Positions 22,644-34,068 are shown, counted from the stretch's first letter. The stretch: 64,000 bases of DNA from an uncultured Methanomassiliicoccales archaeon (GCA_963695345.1 OY968769.1:160001-224000); one strand, 5' to 3'. Notes: generated by a model not told the origin, from the sequence alone. Translations and numbers: made by a program.

Positions 22644-22952
22644 ATGGCTGACAAGAAAATCGCTGAACTTAAGGACAGGGAAGAGGCCACCATCGAAGTG
22701 ACCGTAACAAAGATTATGCCAGTTCGTCAATTCACAAAGAAGGACGGCGGACAGGGAAAAGTCAGGAACGTAAGCGTCAATGATGAAACCGGTTCCTGCA
22801 GAATCGCGCTCTGGGACGCCGACGCCGATATGATCGAGACCCTGGGCATTGCTGAGGGGACGAAATTGAAGTGTGTCAATTGCTTTGTCAAGCAAACGGA
22901 CTTCGGTATCGACATCTCCAGGGGACGGAAAGGAACGATAGAAAAAATCTAA
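22644..22952 (+). CDS. Single OB-fold ssDNA-binding protein (SSB/RPA-like)
   Basis: R.F.KKDGGQGKVRN..V.DETGS.RIALWD archaeal OB-fold signature. Confidence 0.85.
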   Translation: MADKKIAELKDREEATIEVTVTKIMPVRQFTKKDGGQGKVRNVSVNDETGSCRIALWDADADMIETLGIAEGTKLKCVNCFVKQTDFGIDISRGRKGTIEKI

Positions 22953-23173
22953 TCCGTTCAAACCTTTTTAATTATCGTTAGTTACGATATCACATTTATT
23001 TATTTATGAACTAGCAACAATAGGCTAGAATCGATTTTTTCTGAACCATCCAGTATCATATTCGCATCATATTTGATTTATTGTTAATAATAATTATTGA
23101 TATATTAATCAACGATTATGACCAAAATAGGAAAACTAGAATATGAAAAATAAGGAAAGGGGAAGAGAGCCCA

Positions 23174-24750
23174 TTACGGCTCATTCTTCGTTTTGATCCT
23201 AAGCGCAACGACACCGACTATCGCCACACAGACCAATGCGATCAACGCGATCATCGCCCAGAGGTCGGTCGAATCCTGCGAAGAGGTGCCCACTATTGTG
23301 TTCGCCGCCGTTTGCGTTTCCGTGGTCTCTACCTTACCCTCTGTGATGTTACCAATCGCCTGACTGGCCACGACCGGGTCGGTTGGCGCCAATGTCATTA
23401 CGGTGTTCATCTGGGCTACGTCCATTATCTCACCGCTCACCTGATCCATTGTGCTATCGGAAGGGGTCTCGGTCACTTCGGTCGCCGGAGCGGCTGCAGC
23501 GGGAGTGTCGGTTGTCGATGGAGTCCGGTCACTTCGGTCGCCGGAGCGGCTGCAGCGGGAGTGTCGGTTGTCGATGGGGTCTCGGTCACTTCGGTCGCCG
23601 GAGCGGCTGCAGCGGGAGTGACAAGGAATGGACTGAGTATGCCGTTGGTGGGTATGCTCATCAGGCTCGGCAGGTCGAACTGTGGATTCAGCGACAATCC
23701 GGTTATGAACTCGGTGTTCGGTGAATAGTAGATGTGAGTACCAGTGCGCGACTCCACGACGTCGAATACCGTATTGCCCTTGTTGTAGCAAGTTTGGTCG
23801 GCATTGCTTACCCCGACACAGGTCATGCATGTTTTTAGATCGAGAGATACTGGGCCGAACGCGCCTTTGTCGAGCGGGATGCTGCCCAAGGACGTGAGAT
23901 CCTTCAGATAGAGCGTACCGTTGAATGCCGCTGCGTCCTTGTCGATCTTACAGAGTATTGAATTGGGAAGGCCAGTCTCCTTGAAGACTCCATCGATCTT
24001 TCCCTTCACGGTCATGGTGGTGTCGACATTCCAGGTGTTCCCCACGCACATCGGGAAATCAAGTAGCTGCAGTGCCGGACAGAACTCGATGGTGTCATTC
24101 AGGGTGAGGTGCAGTGACTCATGGACATCTAAGGCATTATAGGTCACCTGCACATTGAGGGCGTCCAATAGCGAGCCCATCGATGGCATGCAATCAACCT
24201 TCAGCGACAAGCTCTGGTCGACGGCAGTGTTGGATACGATGCGTTCGATACCCATGGTCGATTTCTCAACGGTCACGGTTCCACATGAAGTAACTGTGAG
24301 GCACAGACTGACCGCACCGCTCACTGAGGTCTTCACATATTTCATGTCATTAAGGCTGTAGACTCCGGAAACCGGTAAATCACCGCATATTTTGACGTTA
24401 ACGCATGCCCACATATGGATGGCGGCGCTGTATCCCAGGACATAGGTGTCGTCCGTTACTTCGGTCACCTTGAACACTACATAGGAACAGGCCTTGCCTT
24501 TGACATCGAGATTCTCGATGGTAAGGTCATGGCCCAGAACGGCCAATTCCTTTTCGAGCGCGCATAGATTGTCCTTCGCCACGCTGGCTAGGTCTATCTC
24601 ACCGCTGATCGCCCAGGTCTGACATTTGGTCCAGGTTGGGGTGGGGGCAGACTCGCCCTGTGCCATGACCGCGCCAGATGAAATGATCAACATGGAAAGT
24701 ATAGCCAAAACCGAGATTATTTTTGCAGAATTGTTGTAGGGAATTCTCAT
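23174..24750 (-). CDS. Secreted, membrane-anchored surface protein, Cys-enriched paralog (1-bp frameshift inside a repeat)
   Basis: Signal peptide, beta-rich body, Thr/Pro/Ala linker, C-terminal TM plus basic tail in ORF 23174-23830. Collinear with 25590-26957. Confidence 0.8.
23463..23620 (-). repeat. 57-bp coding tandem repeat, ~2.8 copies (TPAAAAPATEVTETPSTTD)
   Basis: GGTCACTTCGGTCGCCGGAGCGGCTGCAGCGGGAGTG occurs three times. The middle unit is 1 bp short. Confidence 0.9.
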
Positions 24751-25589
24751 GGTGATAGAAGATATATCTCACCTAATAAGTTAGTTTTGTTTAAAATCAA
24801 AAAAGAATAATTGAGAAGCAAACCTTTTATAATAGATTCGGAAAACTAGGATAATAATTCAGTAATTGAAATATTAAATGACCGTGTCTGAAATTATGAT
24901 CCCAAGTGTGAAGTTCGAGAATTGATGCCAAGATTGGTCCTTTTGGGGCTAGATACACCTTCATATTAGCTGCCCATTCCCGGAAGTACTCTGCCTTTAT
25001 TGGCTGGTTTACCGGGAGTCTACCTGGAGACGATAACGGCGCCGATGCTCAGGATAATTGTAGCGACCAACAATAATGTCCCTTGATATTGATATTGATA
25101 ATCACGATCTTAGCGAAAAATGGATGGAAAAATGGACGGCGAGGAAGGCCAACGATTGACGTGATTAAGATTGAGCGGGTTCATAGTTATTTTAAAAAGG
25201 TCGGTAACGAGGAGAGCCTAGAATGATGTGTCATGGTTCCGGATCCTTCATGATCGCACTAAATGAGACGGATCGGAGACATCAAACACTGGCATTGAAG
25301 GGAGACCGGATTGAACGAGTGACGAAGAGAATGATTGATCAAGTCTAACCATTCTGACAAATATAATGTTATTTACATTTAATAATTTATTAGTTTAGTA
25401 TATGATAACCAACGATTTTCATCGAAAACCATTGATAGCCAGTGTTTTGATGCATGAATACTTAATCGACAATAATAAGATAAAATATTATATTATAGAT
25501 AAATTTGAATATGATGATTGTAGAAATGGACGGATGGTTACGAAGGAGATGAAGAAAAGAGGAATGGGTTTGAAGGGTTTTTCTGCACA

Positions 25590-26957
25590 TCAACGGCTCT
25601 TTTTCTTAAGGACCCAGAACAGTAGGACGGCGCAGACCAGAGCGGCGATTGTCACTAGCCCTATCCAGAAAAGACCAGTGATGGGGCCGGCCGGTGAATC
25701 CGTCGTTCCAGAGCCCTCCGGGATAACCAGAGAGACTGGCTCGATCCCCTGGATGGCTCCTATCTGGGATATCTCGCTGGTGGCGTTTGTCGGGTTGGCG
25801 GATTCGATGGAGATGTCGGTTTTCAGGTCAAGGGCGCTGGTGATGCTGTTCTCTGGAAGGGGCATTACCCCGTTCAACATGTCCATCTGAGGTTTCACCA
25901 AGGCACCGACCAGGAACTCGCTGTCCGGTGAGTAGAACAGGTGGACCCCGGTCTGCTTTTCCTCCACATCGAACACCGTCCTGCTGTCTCCGGCACCTTC
26001 GATCGATTCTGTCCCAACGCATTCCATCGCCGCGGTGATATCCTGTTCCATCGGGGATATGGTGCCGTTAGAAATCTCGATGCTACCGAGCTTTGTCAGG
26101 TCCTGGACAAGGACCGAGCCGGTGAACGGACCGTTCTTTGTGGCAAATGCGGATGTCATCGATGAGGGCAGACCGGTAGCGTTGAAATACCCCGTTGCCG
26201 ACCCTTCCAGGGTCATGAGGGAATCGATCCCCCATTTGTCCCCCACGGTCATTGGGAACTTCAGGATCTGCAACGAGGGGCTGAAATCTACGCATGATGT
26301 TAGTCCCAGGTGCAGCCTCTCATCGACCTTGAAGTCATCATAGTTCATGTTGACGGTTATTCCGTTCATGTTGATGGTGGAAGAATAGGTCGGGAAATTC
26401 GAGGCCTCGAAGGTCAATTGCTCATCCAAATATGTGAGGGATGTCATGCCGCTGATCGCCATGGTGGCCTTGTCGATGGTCACGAATCCATGCGAGGTAA
26501 GGCATAGGTCCAGGCAAGCCAGCATCGTGACGGTCTTGTTCTCGGTGGTCATGTAGGCCAGTTTATAGGTCCCTTCCGCGGGCAGATCCCCGGAGATGTT
26601 CAGACCGATTTCTCCATGGATGCGGACCCCGATGCTGAATTCTAGAAGGTATGTGTCCTGTTGGACATCAGCCACCTTGAATACCATCCAGGCTCCAGCT
26701 TTTCCCTCCAATTGGATATGATCCACACTGATGTTCCCGCCCAGCAGGGCCAAGGCATCCTGCAGAGAGCCGATGTTCTCCTGAAGCTCACTTTCCAGGT
26801 CCCTCTCCCCGCCGACCGCCCAGGTCTGATTCTTGGTCCACGTGGGCAGAGGGGCGGTTTGATCGTCCGCAATGACCGCGGACGAGGAAATGATCACTAG
26901 AGAAAGGACAACGAAGAAGGAAAGCATCTTCCCGGTCGCACGACTGGTAATCCTCAT
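25590..26957 (-). CDS. Secreted, membrane-anchored surface protein, paralog of 23174-24750
   Basis: MRITSRATGKML signal peptide, shared AP.PTWTK.QTWA, GDLP, FPM.VG..W and TVFDV.E..TG.H..YSP..EF..G motifs, TM plus KKKSR. Confidence 0.8.
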   Translation of the reverse strand: MRITSRATGKMLSFFVVLSLVIISSSAVIADDQTAPLPTWTKNQTWAVGGERDLESELQENIGSLQDALALLGGNISVDHIQLEGKAGAWMVFKVADVQQDTYLLEFSIGVRIHGEIGLNISGDLPAEGTYKLAYMTTENKTVTMLACLDLCLTSHGFVTIDKATMAISGMTSLTYLDEQLTFEASNFPTYSSTINMNGITVNMNYDDFKVDERLHLGLTSCVDFSPSLQILKFPMTVGDKWGIDSLMTLEGSATGYFNATGLPSSMTSAFATKNGPFTGSVLVQDLTKLGSIEISNGTISPMEQDITAAMECVGTESIEGAGDSRTVFDVEEKQTGVHLFYSPDSEFLVGALVKPQMDMLNGVMPLPENSITSALDLKTDISIESANPTNATSEISQIGAIQGIEPVSLVIPEGSGTTDSPAGPITGLFWIGLVTIAALVCAVLLFWVLKKKSR

Positions 26958-27172
26958 TAAAACAACAGTGACGTGGCATGATATCTTTGTTTTGAGCATT
27001 CTAGGGGAAAATGAAATAATGCACCGCCAAGAATGGACCGTTCGACGAAGTTTCGTTACAAAATGTTTGCGGATCCGTTCGATGATTTGATGATCGACTT
27101 GGACAGATAGATCGAAAAAAGAGTGAAAGGAAAGGGATTTGATTAAGGTGTTTTGGGACGCTCGGAATGCGT

Positions 27173-28831
27173 TCAGCCCATTCCCGGCATGCCCATTCCC
27201 GGCGGCATTCCACCCTGTGCGCCTGGCGGCATCGGGGGTGCCTTCCTGGAGGCGATGACGTCGTCGATCCTCAGGATCATGTTGGCGACCTCTGCCGCCG
27301 ACTTGACCGCCTGGGTCTTGACGCGGAGCGGCTCGATGACGTTGAGCTTCAGCATGTCGTCCGGCTTGCCGGTGTCCAGGTTGATGCCCATGTTCTTGCC
27401 GTTCTTCTTCTCGTGCGCGCTCTTCAGCTGGATGACGACATCGATGGCGTCCAGTCCAGCGTTCTCGGCGAGGGCCCACGGGATTACGTCCATGGCGTTG
27501 GCGAAGGCCTCGATGGCCAGCTGCTCCCTTCCTCCGACGGTGGAGGCGTAGGATGCGAGCCTGAGGGACAGCTCGATCTCAGGGGCTCCAGCTCCCGGAA
27601 CGACCTTGCCGTCCTCGAGTGCCACTCCGACGACGCGGAGCGAGTCGTGCATGGCGCGCTCGACCTCGTCGATGACGTGGTCGGTGCCGCCACGGATGAT
27701 GATGGAGATGGCCTTCGGGTTCTTGCAGTCGGTGATGAATGTCATCTCTGCCTCGCCGATCTTCTTCTCCTCGACCTGTCCGGCGGTTCCCAGGTCAGCC
27801 GAGGTCAGCTCGTCGATGTTGCCGACGACGTTGGCTCCGGTGGCCTTGGAGATCTTTTCCATGTCGGACTCCTTGAGGCGCCTGACAGCGAAGATATCCT
27901 GCTTTGCCAGGTAGTGCTGCACCAGGTCGTCGATGCCCTTCTGGCAGAAGACGACGTTCGCGCCGGCGGCCTTGATCTTGTCGGCCATCTTCTTCAGGGT
28001 CGCCTCTTCCTCATCGAGGAAGCGCTGCATCTGGGACGGGTCGCGGATCTGGATCTTGGCCTCGACCTCGGTCTTCTTGATCTCCAGTGCGGCGGAGAGC
28101 AGGGCGATCTTGGCCTTCTTGACGACCTTGGCCATCCTCGGGTGCACGCGCTCCTTGTCGATCACGATGCCCTTGATGATCTCGGTGTCAGCGATGGATC
28201 CGCCGGTCTTCTTCTCCACCTTGATGTTGTCGACGTCGACGGTCCACTTGCCAGCGCTGTTCTTCTCGGCGATGGCCTTGATGGCCTGGACGCTCAGGTC
28301 GGAGAGGAAGTCCCTCTGTCCGCCCACGCTCTTGCCGGTCATGGCGGTCATGGCCACCCTGGTCAGCATGTCCACGTCGTCGACGGAGACCGGGACCGCG
28401 ATGGTGTCCAGTATCTTCAATGCCTCAGCGGCCGCCATCTTGTACCCGTTCGCGATGATCGTCGGGTGGATGTTCGACTCGATGAGCGCCTCTGCCTTCT
28501 TCAGGAGCTCGCCGGCGATGATGACGGACGATGTTGTCCCATCCCCGCACTCGCTGTCCTGGGTCTTTGCGACCTCGACGACCATCTTGGCCGCCGGGTG
28601 CTGTACATCGATCTCCTTCAGGATCGTTACGCCATCGTTTGTGATGACGACGTCTCCCATGGAATCAACCAGCATCTTGTCCATGCCCTTTGGTCCCAAG
28701 GTCGATCTTACAGCGTCAGCGACGGCGCGGGCGGCAGCGATGTTGTTCGTCTGCGCGTCCCTGTTCTTCGATCTCTCGGTCCCTTCTCGGAGCACGATGA
28801 CCTGTTGACCATTACCCATTCCGTATGACAT
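27173..28831 (-). CDS. Thermosome (group II chaperonin) subunit
   Basis: [24 protein letters not shown] and a GGM-rich C-terminus. Alpha versus beta is not resolved. Confidence 0.97.
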   Translation of the reverse strand: MSYGMGNGQQVIVLREGTERSKNRDAQTNNIAAARAVADAVRSTLGPKGMDKMLVDSMGDVVITNDGVTILKEIDVQHPAAKMVVEVAKTQDSECGDGTTSSVIIAGELLKKAEALIESNIHPTIIANGYKMAAAEALKILDTIAVPVSVDDVDMLTRVAMTAMTGKSVGGQRDFLSDLSVQAIKAIAEKNSAGKWTVDVDNIKVEKKTGGSIADTEIIKGIVIDKERVHPRMAKVVKKAKIALLSAALEIKKTEVEAKIQIRDPSQMQRFLDEEEATLKKMADKIKAAGANVVFCQKGIDDLVQHYLAKQDIFAVRRLKESDMEKISKATGANVVGNIDELTSADLGTAGQVEEKKIGEAEMTFITDCKNPKAISIIIRGGTDHVIDEVERAMHDSLRVVGVALEDGKVVPGAGAPEIELSLRLASYASTVGGREQLAIEAFANAMDVIPWALAENAGLDAIDVVIQLKSAHEKKNGKNMGINLDTGKPDDMLKLNVIEPLRVKTQAVKSAAEVANMILRIDDVIASRKAPPMPPGAQGGMPPGMGMPGMG

Positions 28832-30482
28832 TAGAAATCCTCCGTGTGGGCGGTATTTTAGTGCTTCTATATAAGGTTTTCTTGATCAGCTGCCCTCCCC
28901 ACTTGTGTGTGGCATAGGCAATGGACCTCTCCGGCCAGCTCAGCTGGAGATTTCGGTGCAGTTCGGCATCGATGCGGGGATATGGAACGTCGATACCAGC
29001 CTTCTTGAGCTTCGCGAACGCCCGCTCACGGAAGTCGGATAGCGCCTTCTTCCGGACATTGGCATCGTTGACCCAGATGTAGCAGACGAAGTCGAGCCAA
29101 GAATCGTTGAACCCGGTCAAGATGACCATGGGGATGAAGCCTGGTTCGTGCGATGCGTCTGGGAATTCGATCGCCGCCTCGAGCAGAAGCCCTTTGACCT
29201 TCTCCACGTCCGCGTCGTATGGTATGTGCAGGTCCGCGCGGAGACGCATCTTCCTGTCTGGACGGATCACGTTCGTGACCCTCTTCATGGCCATGATGTT
29301 GTTCGGGATGACCACGGTGGTCGCGTTATCATTGTCATAGAGGCGGGTCGAGCGCAACCCTACCTTGATCACCTGGTAGACCTTACCGCCATCTAATTTC
29401 ATGAGGTCGCCGGGTTTGTATGGCCGGTCCACCATGATCTCCATGCCCCCGAAGAAGTTCGATAGGGTCGGTTTCGCCGCCAGCCCGATGACCATTCCCA
29501 TGAAACCGAGCGTAGCCAGCAGCGCAGTCACATTGTAGCCCAGCCGGTACAGGACGATCGTCAATCCGATCAGGGGTATGATTATCGCACCGGTCTTCTC
29601 GGCGACATTGACCACCACATCGTCATACTCGACCTTCGACCTGGCGGCGGCGCTTTTACCGTACTCCAGGACGATGCTGTCGAAGACCCCGTAAGCCCAC
29701 CAGGTGAGCATCAGCACGGTCAGGACGAAATAGCCGTTCTCGATGCCCGGCAGCCATTCCCTTGGCAAAGCCAGTATCTCAAGCGAGGTCTTCGTCCCGT
29801 ATCCAAGGACGACTATGAAGAGAGGCCATTTGCTGACCTTCAGAAGCCGATCGTCAAGTTGGGTATCGGTCTTGCGGGTCAGGAACTTGACCGTAGGGAA
29901 AAGGACCATGATGAACGCGGCGGCGATACCGGCCCAGATGAGCACCGATATGAGGAACGTGACCGGGCTTTCATTCAACGGTGCCGGAAGCGGATTGGGA
30001 AACTCGCCCAATATCTTGTTGAATTTTGACTCCTCGCCATAAAGTGAGGCGACGTGGAGGGCGGCGGCCTTGGAAACGATTATCTCGCTTGCGGGATCGT
30101 CCATACGGGTTATGTTCAGCGAAACGGCGAAGGAATGGTCGGCCAAGGGGGCCAAGGTCGAGGCGGTCACGCTCAGCAGCACCTCAGCGTTCTCCCCCGG
30201 ACCGATGACCAGGTAGCTGGGATGAGTGGTCACCGTCAGGTAGTCCGGGGAGGCTCCGGCATAGGTGTCCACGAGAAGTGATGAGTTGCCGCCGTTGAAT
30301 ATGCTCCAGCGGAAGGTGGCTGTATCCCCCGCGGTGATGGATTTTTGATAATTATCTACGTCGAACACCTCGGCTCCGGTGGGTTGAGCCAAAGAGACCG
30401 AAGGCAACATCAGGAGTGAGAATACCGCGACCGCCAGGACCATGGCGAACACCCACCCGGAGACACTGAATACCCTTCTCAT
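28812..30482 (-). CDS. MscS-family mechanosensitive channel with an N-terminal extracellular Ig-like domain
   Basis: [31 protein letters not shown] and IPNN motifs. The 3' end may be shorter because the ORF runs over the thermosome promoter. Confidence 0.88.
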   Translation of the reverse strand: MRRVFSVSGWVFAMVLAVAVFSLLMLPSVSLAQPTGAEVFDVDNYQKSITAGDTATFRWSIFNGGNSSLLVDTYAGASPDYLTVTTHPSYLVIGPGENAEVLLSVTASTLAPLADHSFAVSLNITRMDDPASEIIVSKAAALHVASLYGEESKFNKILGEFPNPLPAPLNESPVTFLISVLIWAGIAAAFIMVLFPTVKFLTRKTDTQLDDRLLKVSKWPLFIVVLGYGTKTSLEILALPREWLPGIENGYFVLTVLMLTWWAYGVFDSIVLEYGKSAAARSKVEYDDVVVNVAEKTGAIIIPLIGLTIVLYRLGYNVTALLATLGFMGMVIGLAAKPTLSNFFGGMEIMVDRPYKPGDLMKLDGGKVYQVIKVGLRSTRLYDNDNATTVVIPNNIMAMKRVTNVIRPDRKMRLRADLHIPYDADVEKVKGLLLEAAIEFPDASHEPGFIPMVILTGFNDSWLDFVCYIWVNDANVRKKALSDFRERAFAKLKKAGIDVPYPRIDAELHRNLQLSWPERSIAYATHKWGGQLIKKTLYRSTKIPPTRRISNVIRNG

Positions 30483-30581
30483 GCGGAACGCTGGGGGATG
30501 AATATGGACCATATTAATCATTGGCCTGTCCGAAGAAGCAACTGGAGAAGGATTTAATATCCCACAGACCAACTCGAACGC

Positions 30582-31310
30582 GTGCCGGAGGAAGGGTTCG
30601 TCGTCGAAGGATTGGTGAAACGTTTTGGCGACAACGTCGCCGTGGACGGAGTCTCGCTGAAGGTCGACCGGGGGGAGATATTCGGACTGCTCGGTCCGAA
30701 CGGCTCGGGCAAGACGACGCTCATCCATTGCCTGATGGGGATATATCGCTTCGAAGGGACGGTCTCGGTCCTCGGCCACCCGATACCGAGGGAGAAATTG
30801 GCGGCCCGGAGGCGGATCGGTTTCATGCCCCAGGAGATCGCCATATACAATGATCTAAGCCCCCTGGAGAACGCCTTGTTCTACGGGAGGATCTATGGCA
30901 TGGAGGATGAGGCGATTCGCAGGAAGTTCGATGAGCTATGCCGTCTTCTGCAGCTGGAAGATAAACGGGACCGGACGGTCAGGACGCTTTCAGGAGGGCA
31001 GAAACGGCGGGCATCGCTCGGAATCGCGCTGCTGACCGACCCGGACCTGATCGTTCTGGATGAACCGACGGTTGGTGTGGACCCTTTGCTCAGGCGTGAG
31101 TTCTGGCGGTATTTCGAAGGTCTGCGCTCGAAGGGCAAGACCCTCCTGATCACCACCCACATCACCGACGAGGCGCTTCGGGTCGGCCGGGTGGGGATGA
31201 TGCTTCAAGGCAAGCTCATCGCCACCGGGACGCCCAAGGACCTTATGGATTCGGCCCAGGTCGAAACACTGGAGGACCTTTTCATCAGATATGAGGGAGG
31301 AGTGAAATGA
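30582..31310 (+). CDS. ABC-2 exporter ATP-binding protein
   Basis: GPNGSGKT, LSGGQ, LDEPT and TTH motifs. Confidence 0.95.
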   Translation: MPEEGFVVEGLVKRFGDNVAVDGVSLKVDRGEIFGLLGPNGSGKTTLIHCLMGIYRFEGTVSVLGHPIPREKLAARRRIGFMPQEIAIYNDLSPLENALFYGRIYGMEDEAIRRKFDELCRLLQLEDKRDRTVRTLSGGQKRRASLGIALLTDPDLIVLDEPTVGVDPLLRREFWRYFEGLRSKGKTLLITTHITDEALRVGRVGMMLQGKLIATGTPKDLMDSAQVETLEDLFIRYEGGVK

Positions 31311-32419
31311 GGGCGCCGTTCGCGATCGCATTGCGGATCGTTCGCCAGCTGACCAGGGACCGGCGCACCATCGCCATGATATTGGTGGTGCCGATCATCA
31401 TCATTCTCCTGTTCGGCTATGCCCTTCAGGGAGAATCCCACAACAATCCGGTGATCATCGTTAACCTGGATAAGGTGACGGCCGGCAACGTCAGCATAGG
31501 CGACAGGATGGTGGAGCATCTGAGATCGGACGATCGCGTCGAGGTGCGGGAGGTCACCGATGACTTCGCCTACGCCATCCAGAAGGTGCATGACCGTACG
31601 GTGCGGGGGGCGATTCTGATACCGGAGAACACCAGCCATCCGCTCCTGCATCTGGGAACCCCTTCTGTCATCGTGGTGGCGATAGATGAGGCCGAGCCGT
31701 CGATATCGTCGAGCATCATCGCCGCCACGAACCAGGCCTTGCAGACATCCCTGAGCGAGAGCGGCGTCGTTGTGCCCATCGAGGTAAAGACCCAGCTCAC
31801 CTGGGGATTGGATACACCGAGGGGACTGGATATCTCCCTACCTCCGGTCATCGGGTTCGTCATCATGTTCCTGGTCCTGCTCTTGTCGTTGTTGCTCTTG
31901 GTTCGTGAGGACACCGAGGGGACGAAGGCGAGGTTCTTTGCCGCACCGGTCTCCAGATGGCAGATACTGGGCGGTTATGTACTTGGCATGACGTTCTTCG
32001 GCCTGCTCATTTCAGCGGTGGTGATGTCGATCTCGCTATTGGTGTTCGGGGTGACGATAAGGGGAGACCTATGGCTGGTGGCCTTCCTGATCTTCCTTTT
32101 CGCGGTCGGCGTGGTGATGTTGGCGGTGCTGCTATCGCGGTTGGCCAAGAACGAGTTCCAGGCGGTCCAGCTGGCGCCGATGATAGCCCTGCCCTCCATG
32201 GCGCTGTCCGGGTTCATAGTGCCGGTGGCCACGCTCCCCGGATGGTTGCAGGTGGTTTCGAACTTCATCCCGTTGACCTACGCGATCGATGCTCTAAGGA
32301 CGGTGATGCTGAGAGGCGGCGGGGTCCAGGACATTGCCTTGGACCTAGTCGCCTTGGGCATATTCGCGCTATTGGCATTTGTCGGGGCGGCACTCGTATC
32401 CAGGGAGACGATCGCATGA
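31307..32419 (+). CDS. ABC-2 exporter permease
   Basis: RDRRT start, six TMs, LSG..VP...LPGWLQ..S..IPLTYA. Overlaps the ATPase stop. Confidence 0.92.
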   Translation: MRAPFAIALRIVRQLTRDRRTIAMILVVPIIIILLFGYALQGESHNNPVIIVNLDKVTAGNVSIGDRMVEHLRSDDRVEVREVTDDFAYAIQKVHDRTVRGAILIPENTSHPLLHLGTPSVIVVAIDEAEPSISSSIIAATNQALQTSLSESGVVVPIEVKTQLTWGLDTPRGLDISLPPVIGFVIMFLVLLLSLLLLVREDTEGTKARFFAAPVSRWQILGGYVLGMTFFGLLISAVVMSISLLVFGVTIRGDLWLVAFLIFLFAVGVVMLAVLLSRLAKNEFQAVQLAPMIALPSMALSGFIVPVATLPGWLQVVSNFIPLTYAIDALRTVMLRGGGVQDIALDLVALGIFALLAFVGAALVSRETIA

Positions 32420-32585
32420 ACGACATAATGACGAAACGATCCAATATCGGTCATGCCGAGGTCGGTCTTCGTTAGGCTGAATGACTTCCTCACGACCAGG
32501 GATTCCCGGTCAATCGTTCCTTATGAAATATTCATCAGAATGTTAGAAATGGGGGTGTGAACATCAGCCCTTTGAGGAAGGAAAC

Positions 32586-32876
32586 ATGGACGGGACGCGC
32601 TCTTCGAGATTCGCCAAGGCGGGAGTGGACATCGATGGATCTTGCACGGTCAAGCCGAGCAACTGCGAGAAATGCGGAGCGGAACTGAAGAAGCGCGACT
32701 CAGGCTGTGGCTGCAATACGGACGTGGTTTGCCCCAAGTGCGGATACTGCAACTACTGCCATGGGACCAAGAAATGCCAGGAAGAATGCTGTGCTTCCGG
32801 AGCGGAGAAAACCCTTCAGACAAAATGTAAAGTGTGCATGGACACCGGCGAGTGCCAACAGTGCCTTTACCGGTGA
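32586..32876 (+). CDS. Small Cys-rich (16 Cys in 96 aa) metal-binding protein
   Basis: GAGGAAGG RBS, multiple CxxC, CxC and CC motifs. Confidence 0.7.
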   Translation: MDGTRSSRFAKAGVDIDGSCTVKPSNCEKCGAELKKRDSGCGCNTDVVCPKCGYCNYCHGTKKCQEECCASGAEKTLQTKCKVCMDTGECQQCLYR

Positions 32877-33012
32877 GGTGCCTGATAGAAACATGGTCTC
32901 TACCTGGTCATGTCGCCATCTGCTGTATCGGCAGGGACTGATTTCTCGCGCCCATTGCCTTTAATAATTTTCAATGAAAATAAAATGTTTTAAGGTCCTG
33001 GAGGACCGCTGA

Positions 33013-33141
33013 TTATTTCTTCTTGCCTTTGGCCGGTTCTGCCTTTCCCTTGGAGTTCCAGGAAGATCCCTTCTTTTCGGCGGTTCCTGCCTTCACGTCT
33101 GCCATTTTTGCTGCCTCTGCGCCCTTCTTCTTCTTGTTCAT
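33013..33141 (-). CDS. 42-aa Lys-rich small protein (not in the ORF track)
   Basis: MNKKKKGAEAAKMADVKAGTAEKKGSSWNSKGKAEPAKGKKK*, GTGA RBS-like sequence upstream, host-like AAG codons. Confidence 0.6.
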   Translation of the reverse strand: MNKKKKGAEAAKMADVKAGTAEKKGSSWNSKGKAEPAKGKKK

Positions 33142-33330
33142 ATAATTCACATCCAAATATTGCAGGCAGGATCAGGGCGACGGAAAGATCCTCGTCAAAG
33201 AACACCAAAACTACGAGCTTAGATGGTCAAGGTTGGCCATATTTATAGTCTATCGCTTTCAATGAAGAGTTCCCCGACATCAAGCAGACTCAGAGAAATC
33301 GTTTTTATGGGTCCGATGTAATCAGCCCCC

Positions 33331-34068
33331 ATGGCCGAGTTGGATGTCGTGGACTGGGAAGGGTTGATCGCCAAGGTCAAAGGTCCATGCGGAGGATGTC
33401 CGAGGAACGCCACGAAAACCCCCCTGTTATTCAACCGGAAAGCGTCCCTGGGCAACGTCGAGTTCATCGTGGTTTCCCAAGAGCCTGGATTCTGGATGAA
33501 TTCATCTCAGGATGGAAAGGAAGAGGATCTTCAGGACAATTGTGCAGGAAAGGGAATAAGCGATACTTCCAGATGTGCAAGAAAGCCAATCCCCTGAGTA
33601 AGGTGTTGGAGATTTTCGATAATTTCGATCCCTGCAATTCTAAGGTGTACTGGACACATGCGTTGAAATGCATTCCGAACAAGAGCGATCGAGATATCAA
33701 CAAAGAATGGAGACGAGCTGCGACCAGATGCAAGGAGATGTTTCTCGATGAGTTCGAGAATCCTGGGAAAAACGAACCTCAATGTCATTGCATTCGGGAA
33801 ATACGCACTTGAACTTTGCCTTAATGTCCTGGACGATCAAGACATTGACCAGGAATTGAGCATCAGCGACTTCATGCAGGGCCACCGGTTGCCTTTGATC
33901 TATAAGCTAAAATTTAAGAATGGAGTAACTAAAACGATAACGTTGTTCATATTCACAAACCCGTCCAGCGATGTGGTCAAGATATCCAAGAGCGGAGGGA
34001 GGATGACCACAGAGGAGATACAGGAAATTGAGACAAAACGGATCCGCGAAATTCTTGGAAAAACATGA
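33331..34068 (+). CDS. Divergent uracil-DNA-glycosylase-superfamily protein (two frameshifts)
   Basis: CxxC, IVVSQEPG, VYWTHALKC.P, C..., IAFGKYA and NPS: the family-4 UDG layout with altered catalytic motifs. Confidence 0.6.

Noticed and set aside
27167-28828. Long antisense ORFs (e.g. 553 aa opposite the thermosome, 439 aa opposite the ATPase) and the 5' extensions of ORFs 25590-27479 and 53733-55448
   Set aside because: These are shadow frames caused by high GC3 codon bias. The real genes are on the opposite strand or start further downstream.
32745-32765. CNYCH as a c-type heme-binding motif
   Set aside because: It is a single occurrence in a 16-Cys protein with no signal peptide and no maturation genes nearby, so it is likely chance.
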